A stretch of 32,000 bases of DNA from Thermofilum pendens Hrk 5 (lineage in GTDB: Archaea > Thermoproteota > Thermoprotei > Thermofilales > Thermofilaceae), in contig NC_008698.1 of assembly GCF_000015225.1 (NCBI RefSeq), positions 1,740,001 to 1,772,000 of the forward strand, read 5' to 3'. Both the position numbers and the translations under genes were made by a program. The notes beneath the pieces are model-generated. The model was given only the letters and a program-made list of their open reading frames with translations, was not told the DNA's origin and did no database searches. Shown one piece after another: positions 30,889 to 32,000 of the stretch (positions are counted from its first letter, which is position 1; each line of letters starts with the position of its first letter).

Positions 30889-32000
30889 TCAGCCACCGAT
30901 AAAGAGTGCCTCGAACCTATAAATAGTGTACAGCAAGAGGAGGAGGGCTACCAGCGCCAGGGTCTCGATAAACGTCCTAACGAACTCCCTGGAGGCCTGC
31001 ACCGTGAAGACATAGCCCACCAAGCTTATCGAGTATATCATTCTGCTAAACTCGTAGGCCTTTCTCTCAGGTACTATCGCCGTCTCCGGAATCGCCACGA
31101 GAGCCAAGACTGTTGCGACCAGCTTCAAGGCCGCGGCTAGGAGGAGCCCGAGGAAGGGGCTTCTCGCCAGCGTTAGCGCAACGAGCGATGCTACGAGAAG
31201 GCCCAGGTAGTTCCCCGCGGTCATGTAGGCGCTTGCGCGCACGCGCCCCATGTGCGAGTTTATCTCAGCGAAGATCTGCATTGCGAGGAGGTTTGCAGCC
31301 ATGAACGTTAACGACGTGAAAAACGATAGCCCTACGTGCATGCCCGGCAGGGGTAGAAACGGTATCACGGCTGTTAAGACGGTGTTGGCTACGAGCCCGG
31401 CTACATATGCTTTGTAGCCCTTTATCACCAGGGAGCCGATCACTCCGCCGATGTTACCTGTAATGCTGAGTGCGAGGCTCACGTAGAGAGGGGCTCCCAT
31501 GTCCTTGAGGAGGGGTGCCCAGGAGAGACCTACCAGGTTGCTCCCTGCCAGCATGAAGGTCAGGACGAGGAATGCCTGGCTACCGCGTATCAGAACCTCC
31601 TCGGAGGCCCTTCCTCCCGTTTCCACTATCTGCTTAGGGTAGGCGGGTACGAGTAGCAACGCGACCGAGCTACCCAGGCCAACTACGAATGCCGTCACAT
31701 AGGAGACGTAGTAGCTCTGAGGCGCCGGTAGAACCGCGGAGACCGCGGTCATGTAGATGGCGCCTAGAAGGGAAGCCGCCGTGCCCGCCGCGGACCTCCA
31801 CACAGAGACCTTCATAACTTCCCCCACGTCGCCGAAGTACGAGTATATCAGGGATCCCAGGAATATGCTGACAACGGCGGAGACAGCGTTCCCAAGCATG
31901 TACAGGAACGCTACCACTATGGGCTTCTCCAGGAAGAAGGGCAACGTGAGCCATACGAACCTCTCGGCTATGTGGGTGGCCAGGGACAGGACCTTGAACC
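30889..32000 (-). CDS. Polytopic membrane protein (transporter-like, possibly MFS-type), 5' end probably outside the window
   Basis: At least 351 aa and at least 10 hydrophobic segments. The track start is TTG 31944, but I translated the same frame upstream and found no stop before base 32000, so the gene may start beyond the right edge. Confidence 0.7.
   Translation of the reverse strand, partial: FKVLSLATHIAERFVWLTLPFFLEKPIVVAFLYMLGNAVSAVVSIFLGSLIYSYFGDVGEVMKVSVWRSAAGTAASLLGAIYMTAVSAVLPAPQSYYVSYVTAFVVGLGSSVALLLVPAYPKQIVETGGRASEEVLIRGSQAFLVLTFMLAGSNLVGLSWAPLLKDMGAPLYVSLALSITGNIGGVIGSLVIKGYKAYVAGLVANTVLTAVIPFLPLPGMHVGLSFFTSLTFMAANLLAMQIFAEINSHMGRVRASAYMTAGNYLGLLVASLVALTLARSPFLGLLLAAALKLVATVLALVAIPETAIVPERKAYEFSRMIYSISLVGYVFTVQASREFVRTFIETLALVALLLLLYTIYRFEALFIGG

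Overview
Gene-dense (about 90% coding) 32-kb chromosomal segment. By inference it comes from a hyperthermophilic crenarchaeote. The evidence is high GC with AGG/AGA Arg and ATA Ile codons, many GTG/TTG starts, AT-rich TATA-like boxes about 25-35 nt upstream of start codons, GGAGG/GGTG ribosome-binding sites inside operons, and oligo-T tracts after genes. I saw no rRNA, tRNA, CRISPR array, transposase or integrase. Gene order, left to right: (1) the clipped 3' end of an unknown ORF followed by a BrxL-like AAA+ ATPase that lacks the Lon-protease domain, probably the right-hand end of a defence-type locus lying left of the window; (2) a DsrE-TusA-SQR-like flavoprotein-DUF1641 sulfur-relay operon; (3) a creatininase-family hydrolase; (4) an Fe3+/thiamine-type ABC importer (SBP, fused double permease, ATPase); (5) two further membrane-tethered extracellular proteins, one DUF4350-like with a coiled-coil stalk and one a metallophosphoesterase; (6) an orphan ORF overlapping xpd, XPD helicase, divergent Sua5, and a phosphoribosyltransferase; (7) a 4xCBS protein with an HPF/RaiA-like C-terminal domain; (8) polyferredoxin plus tungsten-type aldehyde:ferredoxin oxidoreductase; (9) SfsA, a MetE-like protein, and MobB fused to an RnfB-type Fe-S domain; (10) an SDR lacking the YxxxK catalytic pair plus a ThiF/MoeB E1-like enzyme; (11) an MFS transporter, an E3-like flavoprotein disulfide reductase, and SppA; (12) a tightly coupled three-gene operon ending in a QxxRW-type (processive) GT2 membrane glycosyltransferase. 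The most interesting items are the CBS-HPF-like fusion, the protease-less BrxL-like gene at the window edge, the GT2 operon, a 26-nt DNA module encoding a PPANQTQQP glycosylation-sequon linker shared by two surface-protein genes, and the xpd-coupled orphan ORF. All family assignments rest on motif recognition by eye and need HMM or structure searches to confirm.
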